Source of the DNA: an uncultured Ruminococcus sp.
GTDB lineage: Bacteria; Bacillota; Clostridia; Oscillospirales; CAG-272
NCBI GenBank assembly: GCA_964441695.1
Contig: CAYYKO010000001.1
Span: 26,781-90,780 of the forward strand
Reading direction: 5' to 3'
Length of the DNA stretch: 64,000 nt
Within the stretch, counting starts at the first letter, position 1. Every line of letters begins with the position of its first letter. The position numbers and the translations under genes are program-made. This document shows positions 1 to 9,084 of this stretch, piece by piece. The notes under the pieces were generated by a model. It did not search any database. It was given only the letters and a program-made list of their open reading frames with translations, and was not told the origin of the DNA.

Positions 1-382
1 TCTCATGCGGACTGAGCGAGCTTTGCGTCAAAAGCTCCGCATAGCTTTCGCGAAGGGCACACGGGAGCTTTGAAATGAGCATGTCGCAGGTCTCGTCCTC
101 GATTTTGTGATAGGCGTTCCTTATCTCGTCGTTGTAATATTTGACAGGGGTCGGCATGTCGCCCGTGATTATCTCACCCGCGTCATGGTACAGCGCACAC
201 AGCGCTACGCGCTCCGCATTGCTCTCACCGCCGAAAAGCTCGCGGTCGATCACGGCAAGCGCATGCGCGAGCACGGCGCTTTGATACAGATGCTCACTAA
301 GGCTTTCGTCCTCGGTATTACGCATCAGTCCCCAGCGTCGGATGTATTTTGTTCTGTTGATATACGCGAAAAAATGCTCCAC
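1..382 (-). CDS. HD-domain 5'-deoxynucleotidase (YfbR-like); C-terminal part lies outside the window
   Basis: Not in the ORF track because it has a GTG start. The reverse strand from 382 reads VEHFFAYINRTKYIRRWGLMRNTEDESLSEHLYQSAVLAHALAVI...YHDAGEIITGDMPTPVK. This matches the RWxLMRN...SEH...HD pattern of YfbR-type HD phosphohydrolases. GGAGG lies 6 nt upstream of the GTG. Confidence 0.7.
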   Translation of the reverse strand, partial: MEHFFAYINRTKYIRRWGLMRNTEDESLSEHLYQSAVLAHALAVIDRELFGGESNAERVALCALYHDAGEIITGDMPTPVKYYNDEIRNAYHKIEDETCDMLISKLPCALRESYAELLTQSSLSPHE

Positions 383-477
383 CTTTGTTCCTCCGTGCTT
401 ATATTTGAATATATTTTACCCTAAATTGCGGGAAAAATCAAGTGCATGTGCCACGACTCCCGCGGAAAGGCTTTTTT

Positions 478-2139
478 ATGAAGAATTATAAGGATAAAAC
501 CGTCAGTGCCAAGGTAAGGCTTGCCGTGTGGCTGTGCCTTTCGGCAGTATTTGTCGCGGGCGCGTTTTACGTTACGTTGCCTGCTCTCAATATCCACGCG
601 GGCGAGCTCTGGCGCTTTGTGTTTATTTGCGCTGCCTTTATTGCGGGCGGTGATATCGTGATAAACGGGCTGCTGCCCGAGAACGCGTCCGCGCCGACGC
701 CGACAAAGCGCGCGCTGTCACGCCTGCCGAAAAGATTGAGGCTTGCGCTCATCGCGGCGGCTGTGCTCCTGTGCGTGCTGATAATTCTCGGCATATTCTC
801 GTCGCAGCTTCTCCGCTCCGGCTCGTACAGCTCAATGATCGAGCTGAAGGAGCTTGGCTTTTCCGACGCCATCGAGGAAAGCGAGCATGTGTCCGACATC
901 GCACTGATGGATTCAGCCTCCGCTGTGATAATCGGAAACAGAACGCTCGGCTCGCTGTCCGACCTTGTGTCACAGTTCACGATAGCCGAGGATTACACGC
1001 AGATCGCGCTGAACGGTACGCCGACCAAGGTTGCGCCGCTCGAATACGCCTCGTTTTTCAAGTGGCTCGGCAACCGCCGCGACGGAATTCCGGGCTATGT
1101 AAAGGTAGACCCCGTCGGCTTTGACGCGGAATTCGTAAGGCTCCCTGACGGCGAGTACATTAAATATTCGCCCTCTGCGTACTTCGGAAAGAAGCTTGAG
1201 CGCGCGCTCCGCTTTGCCTATCCGTTTGAAATCTTCGGAAATATAAGCTTCGAGACCGACGAGAGCGGCAGACCGTATTGGATATGCCAAACGCTCGAGC
1301 CGCGGGCGGGCTTCTTCGGCGGCTATGACGTGTCGGGCGCTGTCGTTTTCGACGCCGCGACCGGCGAGAGCGAATACTATGAGACAGGCAGCGTGCCCGA
1401 ATGGGTTGATATTGTATACGACGGCGACCTGATCTGCCGAAAATACGACTGGTACGGCTCGCTGTCGGGAGGATACTTCAATTATATGTTCTCTCAGACG
1501 GGGTGCAGTGCGACCACAGAGGACTTCGGCTACAAGATAATCGGCAATGACGTGTACATATACACCGGTGTCACCTCGCTGTCGAATGACGAGGCGAATA
1601 TCGGCTTTATTCTCGTCAATTCGAGAACCGGCGAGTACAGCTACATTGCACTTCCCGGAGCCGAGGAATTTTCCGCAATGGCGTCAGCCGAGGGCGCGCT
1701 TCAGCAATACGGCTACGAGGCGTCTTTCCCCTCGCTTGTAAATATTTGCGGCGAGCCGACGTACATTATGGTGCTGAAGGACGCGAGCGGCATTGTCAAG
1801 ATGTACGCTATGGTAAACGTGCGGAATTACAACACGGTCGTTACGGCGGACAGCCAAGAGGAGCTGCTTGAGAGGTATATCGCAGCCGCGAAGCTCGAGA
1901 GCACACCGAGCCGCGAGGAAGCGGATACGGCGAGTGTTGAGCTTGTCGTGAAGGAGCGCTATATCATCACCGAGGGCGGAGAAAGCGTTGTTTATCTGCT
2001 TTGCGAGGATGATGCAATATGCTCGCTTCCGTTTTCACCGGAGCTTTTGCGCGTGGACGGCGGAGACAGGATCTCCCTAAGCTATATCGACGAGACAGAC
2101 GGCATCTACAACGGCGTGTCGTTTGAGGTGCTTGAATAA
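478..2139 (+). CDS. membrane-anchored protein of unknown function (two N-terminal TM segments, large extracytoplasmic domain)
   Basis: Long ORF. I chose the internal ATG at 478 (MKNYKDK...). Hydrophobic stretches are LAVWLCLSAVFVAGAFYV and LALIAAAVLLCVLIILGIF. I recognise no catalytic motif. Confidence 0.55.
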   Translation: MKNYKDKTVSAKVRLAVWLCLSAVFVAGAFYVTLPALNIHAGELWRFVFICAAFIAGGDIVINGLLPENASAPTPTKRALSRLPKRLRLALIAAAVLLCVLIILGIFSSQLLRSGSYSSMIELKELGFSDAIEESEHVSDIALMDSASAVIIGNRTLGSLSDLVSQFTIAEDYTQIALNGTPTKVAPLEYASFFKWLGNRRDGIPGYVKVDPVGFDAEFVRLPDGEYIKYSPSAYFGKKLERALRFAYPFEIFGNISFETDESGRPYWICQTLEPRAGFFGGYDVSGAVVFDAATGESEYYETGSVPEWVDIVYDGDLICRKYDWYGSLSGGYFNYMFSQTGCSATTEDFGYKIIGNDVYIYTGVTSLSNDEANIGFILVNSRTGEYSYIALPGAEEFSAMASAEGALQQYGYEASFPSLVNICGEPTYIMVLKDASGIVKMYAMVNVRNYNTVVTADSQEELLERYIAAAKLESTPSREEADTASVELVVKERYIITEGGESVVYLLCEDDAICSLPFSPELLRVDGGDRISLSYIDETDGIYNGVSFEVLE

Positions 2140-2143
2140 TACG

Positions 2144-2175
2144 GGCTCGGCGCGGCGGCCCATTTGCGCCGAGCC
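2144..2175. terminator. GC-rich hairpin between convergent genes (weak U-tracts)
   Basis: GGCTCGGCGC (2144-2153) pairs with GCGCCGAGCC (2166-2175). It sits between the stop at 2139 (+) and the stop at 2185 (-). The flanking T-runs are poor. Confidence 0.35.
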
Positions 2176-2184
2176 GAGCCTCTT

Positions 2185-2331
2185 TCAGTTCTTCGAGCTT
2201 TCAGCGGACGCCTTGGAGGAGGTCTTTCCCTGAGAGCTGTTCTTTGCGCTGCTTTTTGCCGAATTCTTATCGGTGCTTTGAGTCTTCGCTTCGTTCTTTG
2301 CACGGTCGGTGCTGTTATTTTTCTCGTTCAT
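2185..2331 (-). CDS. 48-aa hydrophilic Lys/Ser/Asn-rich small protein
   Basis: Below the track's size cut-off. ATG at 2331 is preceded by AAAGGAAGC. It reads MNEKNNSTDRAKNEAKTQSTDKNSAKSSAKNSSQGKTSSKASAESSKN, followed by a stop and the hairpin at 2144-2175. Confidence 0.4.
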   Translation of the reverse strand: MNEKNNSTDRAKNEAKTQSTDKNSAKSSAKNSSQGKTSSKASAESSKN

Positions 2332-2396
2332 TTTTATGCTTCCTTTCGTTTGAATGGGGAACCGAATATATTATTGCACGTCCTGCGGTGTGTTAT

Positions 2397-3644
2397 TCAT
2401 CGGTAGAGCAGCTTTGCAGAGTATAAAAGCTGCGCGGTCTGTGCGCGTGTGAGAACAGCATTGGGGGCGGCTGCGGCACCGTCAATTATTCCGATGCTGC
2501 CGAGCGCACGGATATCGGCGAGTGCCCAGGCGGGCGCGCTGTCTATATCCGAAAATACCTCAGCCGCCGTGTCGGTGCTCACGCCGAGAATGCGATTGAG
2601 TATCGCAGCCCCCTCGGCACGAGTTATCGCATCCTGCGCTCTGAAATAAGCAAGACCGCCCTCGCGCTCGCCCTTTATGATGCCGAGACGGTATGCCGCC
2701 GCCGCAAAGCCGGAGCAATTCTCGGATATTTCGTCTCCGTCAGCAAACGGGGTCGTGCAGGGCTCAAGCTTCGGTGCGCCGAGCGACAGCATGACGGTGC
2801 GGAGAAATTCCTCGCGCGTCATCACGTCGTCCGGGTCGAAATACAGCTTGCCCGCCTCGCATATCACGTCCATCGAGCCGTCGGCGACTGCTGAAAGCGC
2901 GGCACTGTGCGCGGGATGTCCCTCCATGTCGCACAGCTCGGCGTCGCTCGCGCGCTTTTCGATATTCACCTCAAGCGTGGCGGCGTCCGAGTAATTGCCG
3001 TACTCGTCGCACGCTCTGTAGGAGAAGCTGTCGCTTCCCGTCACACCGGCATAGGGAGTGTAGCGGTACGAGCCGTCGGCGGACAGCTCAAGTATTCCGT
3101 GAGAGGGGTAGGAGGTCACCTCAAAGAAAAAGCTGTCGCCGTCGCGATCCGTGCCTCGGAGCGTGCCGCACGCGGCAATGTCCTCCTGTGTTGTCACGCA
3201 CTGTGTGTATTCAAGACACACGGGCGCCGAGTTTTCGCCATCGGTAAAGCGGATGTGACACACGGTCGCGCACACGCCGTCGGATATGAATTCAAGCGAG
3301 GTGTCCGTGCAGCTGGCGGCGCCCTCAAAGCGCAGCAGCGAAAGGTTTGAGCGGGATACGGTCTGTCCGACAAATGCCGTGCTGTTTCCCACAAGCAGGA
3401 CTCCGTCCGACTCGTCGGGAAGCGCGGATATTTTGATCTGGTACGGTGTGCCTCCGAGAGCCGACTCGAAAAGCGACTCGTCGAATACGGCGCAGCTTCC
3501 GTGAACGGCGCTTACCGTCATTTCATGCTGTGCCGAAAGCACGTCAAGTGCCGGAGAAAGCTTCGGCAGAGCTCCTACTGCCGCACTGAGGAGTAGCAGC
3601 AGTGCCGCGAGAAGCGCGGCGACTGTCGATAATTTCTTTTTCAC
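2397..3644 (-). CDS. secreted SLH-domain cell-surface protein with cadherin/Ig-like repeat
   Basis: GTG start at 3644 gives the signal peptide VKKKLSTVAALLAALLLLLSAAVG. The central block DRDGDSFFFEVTSYPSHGILELSADGSYRYTP...DSFSYRACDEYGN is cadherin/VCBS-like. The C-terminus has SLH repeats (FADGDEIS...LGIIKG, FSDIDSAPAWA...LGSIGIIDG). Confidence 0.8.
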   Translation of the reverse strand: MKKKLSTVAALLAALLLLLSAAVGALPKLSPALDVLSAQHEMTVSAVHGSCAVFDESLFESALGGTPYQIKISALPDESDGVLLVGNSTAFVGQTVSRSNLSLLRFEGAASCTDTSLEFISDGVCATVCHIRFTDGENSAPVCLEYTQCVTTQEDIAACGTLRGTDRDGDSFFFEVTSYPSHGILELSADGSYRYTPYAGVTGSDSFSYRACDEYGNYSDAATLEVNIEKRASDAELCDMEGHPAHSAALSAVADGSMDVICEAGKLYFDPDDVMTREEFLRTVMLSLGAPKLEPCTTPFADGDEISENCSGFAAAAYRLGIIKGEREGGLAYFRAQDAITRAEGAAILNRILGVSTDTAAEVFSDIDSAPAWALADIRALGSIGIIDGAAAAPNAVLTRAQTAQLLYSAKLLYR

Positions 3645-3751
3645 TTCGGTATACCCTTGTTTTGGGCGTCCTTTCTTTTTTCTTCCGATAAGAAGTATTC
3701 CGCTTTGCTCGGAAAAATATACGTCACCGATGCACACGCGCGAAAACACAC

Positions 3752-3780
3752 TTGATTTTTCTCACGGCGTGTATTATAAT
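3752..3780 (+). promoter_or_regulatory. sigma-A-type promoter for pth-mfd
   Basis: TTGATT (3752-3757), 17 nt spacer, TATAAT (3775-3780). Confidence 0.55.
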
Positions 3781-3793
3781 AACAGTAACAGCC

Positions 3794-3818
3794 GTCCGCC
3801 TCACCGAGGCGGGCTTTT
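3794..3818 (+). terminator. terminator-like hairpin plus T-run inside the pth leader
   Basis: GTCCGCCTC-acc-GAGGCGGGC forms a 9-bp stem with one G-U pair. TTTT follows at 3815-3818. It lies about 10 nt after the predicted transcription start and 54 nt before the pth ATG. Confidence 0.4.
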
Positions 3819-3871
3819 CGGCGTTGCTTTTTAATTTTGGTCAAGCGCTGCGGCGCGGAACGGAGACATAC

Positions 3872-4507
3872 ATGGCAGATATTTTCGAGCTTTTCAAAAA
3901 GATATCGACGACCTCGAGCAGCACAGGGTCGAAGCCCGAATTCATAGTTGCGGGACTCGGAAACCCCGGAGCCGAATACGATAAAACGAGACACAACGCC
4001 GGCTTTATGGCGCTTGACAGAATAGCCGCACGCGCGGGAGCGAGCGTCAAGCAGTCTAAATTCAAGGCGCTCGTCGACACGGTAAATATAGACGGACATT
4101 CGGTGCTGCTGATGAAGCCGCAGACCTACATGAACCTGTCGGGCGAGGCTGTCGGCGAGGCGGCGTCGTTTTACAAGCTGCCGAGCGAAAATGTGATAAT
4201 CATATGCGACGACATATGCCAGGCGCCCGGCAGAATGCGTGTCAGACGCTCGGGCTCTGCGGGCGGTCAGCGCGGGCTTCTCGATATTATAAAGCACCTC
4301 GGGGGTGACGCGTTCCCGAGAATTCGCATAGGCGTCGGCGAAAAGCCGAATCCCGAGTACGACCTCAAGGATTGGGTGCTCGGTAAATTCAGCGAGGAGG
4401 ACATGAAGCACGTGTCCGAACGCCTTGACGACACCTATGACTGCGTTCGGATGATCCTTGACGGAAAGCTCGATGATGCGATGGGTCGCTTCAACGGAAA
4501 AAGATAA
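3872..4507 (+). CDS. pth: peptidyl-tRNA hydrolase
   Basis: GLGNPGAEYDKTRHNAGF motif. ATG at 3872 follows GGAG. The upstream part of the track ORF is leader sequence. Confidence 0.9.
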   Translation: MADIFELFKKISTTSSSTGSKPEFIVAGLGNPGAEYDKTRHNAGFMALDRIAARAGASVKQSKFKALVDTVNIDGHSVLLMKPQTYMNLSGEAVGEAASFYKLPSENVIIICDDICQAPGRMRVRRSGSAGGQRGLLDIIKHLGGDAFPRIRIGVGEKPNPEYDLKDWVLGKFSEEDMKHVSERLDDTYDCVRMILDGKLDDAMGRFNGKR

Positions 4508-4519
4508 GGAGACAATTCT

Positions 4520-7500
4520 TTGAACAACAAACTGATACTCGGATGCATGCGAAAAAGCCGGGAGTACCGTGAGCTCGTCGAGCAGCTTGTGAATGAAGCC
4601 CGAAGAGGTCGGGTATTCTGCTCGCATGTGCTCAGCGGACTTGCAGACGGAGCCGACAGCGTATTCAGGTGTGCGCTGGCTGAGGATATAACGGAAAGCG
4701 GCAGCTGCGTGCTTTTTGTGTTTCCCGATGACCGGGACGCCGCCGCGGCAGCGGAGCTGATGAGCTCCTGCGGAATACGAACCCTGTTTTATCCCTCGCG
4801 AGATTTTAACTTCAATAATATGACTGCCTCTCACGATTTCGAAAACGAGAGGCTTTCCGTGCTTGCGGAGCTGAACGGCTACGGAAGCGGAGAGCCGTTT
4901 GCCGTTTGCGCGGGAGTAGCAGGCGCATTGCAGATAACGCTGCCGCCCGAGCGCTTTCACAGCGAGACGGTCGTTATAAATGCAGACGAGGAGCTTGAGC
5001 TTTCGTCACTTGCAGAGAGGCTTGTCGCAAGCGGCTATAAGAAGGTCGACATGGTCGAGGGCGCGGGACAGTTCGCGCTTCGCGGCGGCATCGTCGACAT
5101 CTTCGCATCGAGCGGACGAAGCTTCCGACTTGAGCTTTTCGGCGACGAGATCGACAGAATGGGCACCTTCGATGTTGAGACGCAGCGCTTTTGCGATTTT
5201 ATCGAGGGGGAGATAGTCATCCCGCCGGCGCGTGAGCTGACGCCTTCCGCGGAGGAGCGCGAGAGCCTTGCGGAGCGCCTTTCGGCATATGTCGCAAAGC
5301 TTGCGAAGAAGGGAAGCTCGGTCGACGTGACACACGCGGTCGAAATACTTCGCGGCGAGATACGTTCGCTGCGCGAGGAGGCGGAGCTGCACTTTATCGA
5401 TAAATATTTGCCCGTGCTTTACCCCGACGGCAGGTGCCTTATCGAGCTGTTCGACGGCGTGGCGGTGCTTGCCTCTCCGTCTGAGCTTACCTCGCGCGCC
5501 GACGCCGCACAGGCGTTGCTTGACCAGAGCATTACCGATATGCTTGAGAGCTTCGAGCTTGCACCGTTTGCGAGTGCATCGGGCGGATATACACGGGCGC
5601 TCACGGAGGCATATACACGCCTTCGCGAGATACCGTCGCTTGTGACGGATAATATTTCACGCTCGTATGACGGGCTCACGACGCGCGGTGAATTCGACCT
5701 TGCGACGCGGCACATTACGGCTTATGCCTCGCGGGACGAGCTGTTTGACGAGGACGTGCGCTCGTATATCGAGCGCGGTTGGACGGTGCTTGCCTCGTGC
5801 GATACTGAGACCGAGCGTGCGGCACTTACCGAGCGCCTTATGGACGCGGGAATAACCTCGGCTTCGGGCGAGGAGCTGTCGCTCGACGAGCTTCAGGCGG
5901 GCTGCGTAATTACGCTTGCGGGCGGAATACGCGGCGGCTTTGAATTGCCGTCGGCGCGCTTTGCGCTGCTTGACCATTCCTCCGGAGAGGGCAGACGCCG
6001 CGCGGCACGAACGCTTCGCCGACCGAAGGCTAAGAAAAATACGCAGTCCATCATGTCCTACGCCGACCTTGAGGTCGGAGACCTTGTCGTTCACGCCGCA
6101 TACGGCATCGGACTGTACATGGGACTTCAAAACCTGACGGTCGGCGGCGTCTCGCGAGATTACGTTACAATAAAATACGCCGGCACGGATCAGCTTTTCC
6201 TGCCCGTCGACCAGCTCGACCTTGTCTCGAAGTACATAGGCGCGGGCAGCGATACGGGTGCTGTCAAGCTGTCGAAAATGGGCGGCACGGATTGGAAGAA
6301 GACGAAGTCCCGCGCCAAGGCGGCGACACGCGAAATGGCGAAGGAGCTCATCGAGCTTTACGCCTCGCGAAAGCGCGCCCGCGGCATCGCCTTTGCTCCC
6401 GATGACGAGCTCTGCCGCGAATTCGCCGCCTCCTTCGAATATGAGGAGACCGACGGTCAGCTTGCCGCAATTGATGATGTCAGACGCGACATGGAGGCGC
6501 AAAACCCGATGGACAGGCTCATCTGCGGAGACGTCGGCTACGGCAAGACCGAGGTCGCGCTCCGTGCCGCCTTCAAGGCTGTAATGGGCGGACATCAGGT
6601 CGCGCTGCTTGTGCCGACGACCATTCTCGCATATCAGCATTACAAGAACTTCAAGAGCCGCATGCGCGCCTTCCCCGTGAATGTCGATATGGTGTCGCGC
6701 TTCCGCTCGCAGAGCGAGCAAAGAGCGGCACTGCGCCGCCTGAAGCGCGGAGAGACGGATATAATTATCGGTACGCACCGACTTATCTCCTCGGATGTCG
6801 AGTTTTACAGCCTCGGACTTGTTATAATCGACGAGGAGCAGCGCTTTGGCGTGGCTCAGAAGGAAAAGCTGAAGAAGACTGCAATGGGAGCGGATATTCT
6901 GACGCTCACGGCTACACCGATCCCGCGAACGCTTAATATGGCGATGGGCGGCATCGTTGACATGAGCCTGCTCGAGGAGGCGCCGGGAATGCGCGCACCC
7001 GTGCAGACCTACGTTCTCGAGCATGACGAGGGAATAATCCTCGAGGCGCTGCGCCGCGAGCTTCGCCGCAACGGTCAGGCGTTCTATCTTTACAACCGTG
7101 TCGAGGGAATATACAATGTCGCTGGTCGCATATCGAAGGCGATACCCGAGGCGCGTGTCGCCGTCGCTCACGGAAAAATGGAGAAGGACGAGCTCGAGGA
7201 GATCTGGGAGGCGCTGATAAAGGGAGAGATCGACATTCTCGTGTGTACCACGATCATCGAAACGGGCGTCGATGTCCCGAACGCGAATACACTGATCATC
7301 GAAAACGCGGATATGTACGGCCTTGCACAGCTTCACCAGATACGCGGACGTGTCGGACGCTCACGCCGCCGCGCGTATGCGTATTTCACCTATAAAAAGA
7401 ATAAAAACCTGTCGGAGATCGCCGAAAAGCGGCTTTCCGCAATCAAGGAATACGCGCAGTTCGGCGCGGGCTTCCGTATTGCGCTTCGCGACCTTGAGAT

Positions 7501-8080
7501 ACGCGGAGCCGGAAACCTTCTCGGCGCAGAGCAGCACGGACACCTTGACGCGGTCGGCTACGACCTGTATATGAAGCTTCTCAGCGAGGCTGTAGCCGAG
7601 GAGAAGGGAGAAAAACTACCCGAGAGACGCGAATGCGCCGTCGACATTTCGGCGGATGCGTATCTTTCGAAGAGCTATATACCCTTTGCACCGCAGAGAA
7701 TGGACATGTACAAGAAGATCGCCCGAATATCGTGCGAGGCGGATTACGAGGATCTGATAGACGAGCTGTGTGATCGCTTCGGCGAGCCCGCAAAGCCCGC
7801 CGTCGACCTGTGTCGCATCGCGCTGATACGTGCCACGGCGGCTCAGGCGGGAATAAAAAAGATAATCGAGCACGACGGACTGCTGACTGTAACCCCCGAG
7901 CTGCTTGACCCGACGGTAGTAGCCGTTCTCGCCGAGCGCTATCCCGCATGCAGGATACGCGTAACTCTCGGGGCTGTGCCGTGCTTCACCTGCACGCTCC
8001 CGAAGAACGCGAGAAACACCGATTTCACAGCCGAGCTCGTTGATGCATATGCCGAAACGGTAAAAACGAACGCAAAATGA
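4520..8080 (+). CDS. mfd: transcription-repair coupling factor
   Basis: 1186 aa. It has a CarD-like block (LEVGDLVVHAAYGIG) and the superfamily-2 helicase motifs GDVGYGKTEVA, DEEQRFG and QLHQIRGRVGRS. TTG start 7 nt after AAGGAGA. Confidence 0.92.
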   Translation: MNNKLILGCMRKSREYRELVEQLVNEARRGRVFCSHVLSGLADGADSVFRCALAEDITESGSCVLFVFPDDRDAAAAAELMSSCGIRTLFYPSRDFNFNNMTASHDFENERLSVLAELNGYGSGEPFAVCAGVAGALQITLPPERFHSETVVINADEELELSSLAERLVASGYKKVDMVEGAGQFALRGGIVDIFASSGRSFRLELFGDEIDRMGTFDVETQRFCDFIEGEIVIPPARELTPSAEERESLAERLSAYVAKLAKKGSSVDVTHAVEILRGEIRSLREEAELHFIDKYLPVLYPDGRCLIELFDGVAVLASPSELTSRADAAQALLDQSITDMLESFELAPFASASGGYTRALTEAYTRLREIPSLVTDNISRSYDGLTTRGEFDLATRHITAYASRDELFDEDVRSYIERGWTVLASCDTETERAALTERLMDAGITSASGEELSLDELQAGCVITLAGGIRGGFELPSARFALLDHSSGEGRRRAARTLRRPKAKKNTQSIMSYADLEVGDLVVHAAYGIGLYMGLQNLTVGGVSRDYVTIKYAGTDQLFLPVDQLDLVSKYIGAGSDTGAVKLSKMGGTDWKKTKSRAKAATREMAKELIELYASRKRARGIAFAPDDELCREFAASFEYEETDGQLAAIDDVRRDMEAQNPMDRLICGDVGYGKTEVALRAAFKAVMGGHQVALLVPTTILAYQHYKNFKSRMRAFPVNVDMVSRFRSQSEQRAALRRLKRGETDIIIGTHRLISSDVEFYSLGLVIIDEEQRFGVAQKEKLKKTAMGADILTLTATPIPRTLNMAMGGIVDMSLLEEAPGMRAPVQTYVLEHDEGIILEALRRELRRNGQAFYLYNRVEGIYNVAGRISKAIPEARVAVAHGKMEKDELEEIWEALIKGEIDILVCTTIIETGVDVPNANTLIIENADMYGLAQLHQIRGRVGRSRRRAYAYFTYKKNKNLSEIAEKRLSAIKEYAQFGAGFRIALRDLEIRGAGNLLGAEQHGHLDAVGYDLYMKLLSEAVAEEKGEKLPERRECAVDISADAYLSKSYIPFAPQRMDMYKKIARISCEADYEDLIDELCDRFGEPAKPAVDLCRIALIRATAAQAGIKKIIEHDGLLTVTPELLDPTVVAVLAERYPACRIRVTLGAVPCFTCTLPKNARNTDFTAELVDAYAETVKTNAK

Positions 8081-8178
8081 CGCCCGCGGCGAACGAACAA
8101 ACTGTGCAGTGATGCTGAATTTCGCATTGGAAGCAGCCGGAAGTTGTGCAAAACGCATGTAAAATCTGTCGAAGCCGA

Positions 8179-8207
8179 TTGACAAGGTGACAAAACAGTG
8201 ATATAAT
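8179..8207 (+). promoter_or_regulatory. exact consensus sigma-A promoter
   Basis: TTGACA (8179-8184), 17 nt spacer, TATAAT (8202-8207). Confidence 0.65.
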
Positions 8208-8274
8208 ATACGTAGGATGACAGAAAGGTCATTTGCGAAATTATATTAATTATATTTTTAAGGAGAAATCCCAT

Positions 8275-9006
8275 ATGATAAAAAGAATCATTTCGTTTTT
8301 ACTTGTTGCTTGCATGATGCTTGCTGTTTGTGCAAGCCAGATTAATGCGTTGAATTACATATATCTTCCGGCGGAAGGCTTTTATCCTTATTATGACTGT
8401 AAGAAAATTGAGAACAAATGGTATCACGACGGCGCGTTCTTTTTGCTTGATCAATATCTTTTCCAGTGCTTTGACGGACAGGAGTTCCGGTATGATCACG
8501 ATTTTTACCCCAACAAGCCGGTGCTTCGCAAGGAAGCAGCTGCCCTGATCACGGGCTACGACTGGGATTATTTTTATTACAATCACGGTTACGGTACCTC
8601 TATTAACTATAAGGACATGCCGCTCGGTATGTATGCCTACAGTGCCGACTGGTGCTACAAAAGAGGTATCATGAACGGCTATTGCAAGGGCTACTTTGTG
8701 CCGGATGCGACACTTACACGCGAGGAGTTTATGACCATTATGTACAGATACACCCTGTACAAGGGAATTGACACCGAGGCGTCCTCGGATGCCGCCTCCT
8801 CCTTCAGCGATTACGGCAAGGTATCTCCCTGGGCGCGCGATGCCATTGACTGGGCGTGCGCGATAGGCCTCATGAACGGCAAGACAAAGACGACGCTCAA
8901 CACACGCGAATGCGTGACCCGCGCGGAGATGGCTACGCTTGCGTATCGCTACAACAATCTGGTGCTCGCACACACTGACAACAATCCCGACAAGGAAAAT
9001 TATTAA
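8275..9006 (+). CDS. small secreted SLH-domain protein, aromatic-rich
   Basis: ATG at 8275 follows AAGGAGA. Signal peptide MIKRIISFLLVACMMLAVCASQINA. SLH-like repeats include FVPDATLTREEFMTIMYRY and FSDYGKVSPWARDAIDWACAIGLMNG...VTRAEMATLAYRY. It is visibly more AT-rich than its neighbours. Confidence 0.75.
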   Translation: MIKRIISFLLVACMMLAVCASQINALNYIYLPAEGFYPYYDCKKIENKWYHDGAFFLLDQYLFQCFDGQEFRYDHDFYPNKPVLRKEAAALITGYDWDYFYYNHGYGTSINYKDMPLGMYAYSADWCYKRGIMNGYCKGYFVPDATLTREEFMTIMYRYTLYKGIDTEASSDAASSFSDYGKVSPWARDAIDWACAIGLMNGKTKTTLNTRECVTRAEMATLAYRYNNLVLAHTDNNPDKENY

Positions 9007-9028
9007 TTTCTTTTCGCAAAGCAAAACG

Positions 9029-9068
9029 AAATGCTCCCGACGCTGCACTCAGCGTCGGGAGCATTTTT
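9029..9068. terminator. bidirectional intrinsic terminator
   Basis: 16-bp perfect stem (9029-9044 pairs with 9051-9066) with T-runs on both strands. It lies between convergent stops at 9006 (+) and 9085 (-). Confidence 0.8.
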
Positions 9069-9084
9069 GCGCGGAGGCTTTTGC

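Noticed and set aside
2106-2426. Track ORFs 2164-2406(+), 2244-2426(+) and 2106-2303(-) in the gap after the first membrane-protein gene.
   Set aside because: They have no RBS, their sequence is repetitive and Arg/Leu-rich, and they overlap the better-supported 48-aa minus-strand sORF and the SLH gene end.
5657-7336. Very long antisense or overlapping ORFs: 5657-7336(-), 3641-4960(-), 15774-16967(-), 17911-19338(-), 44544-45701(-), 47706-48908(-), 52574-54046(-), 55043-56305(-), 58734-60086(+), 12281-13099(+), 9181-10230(+) and similar.
   Set aside because: Each lies opposite a gene with unmistakable conserved motifs (mfd, pgi, polC, ABC ATPases and others). Their translations are Arg/Ala/Leu-rich low-information sequence with no motifs or RBS. 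One even spans the tRNA-Ser gene. Stop-poor antisense frames are expected in GC-rich coding DNA.
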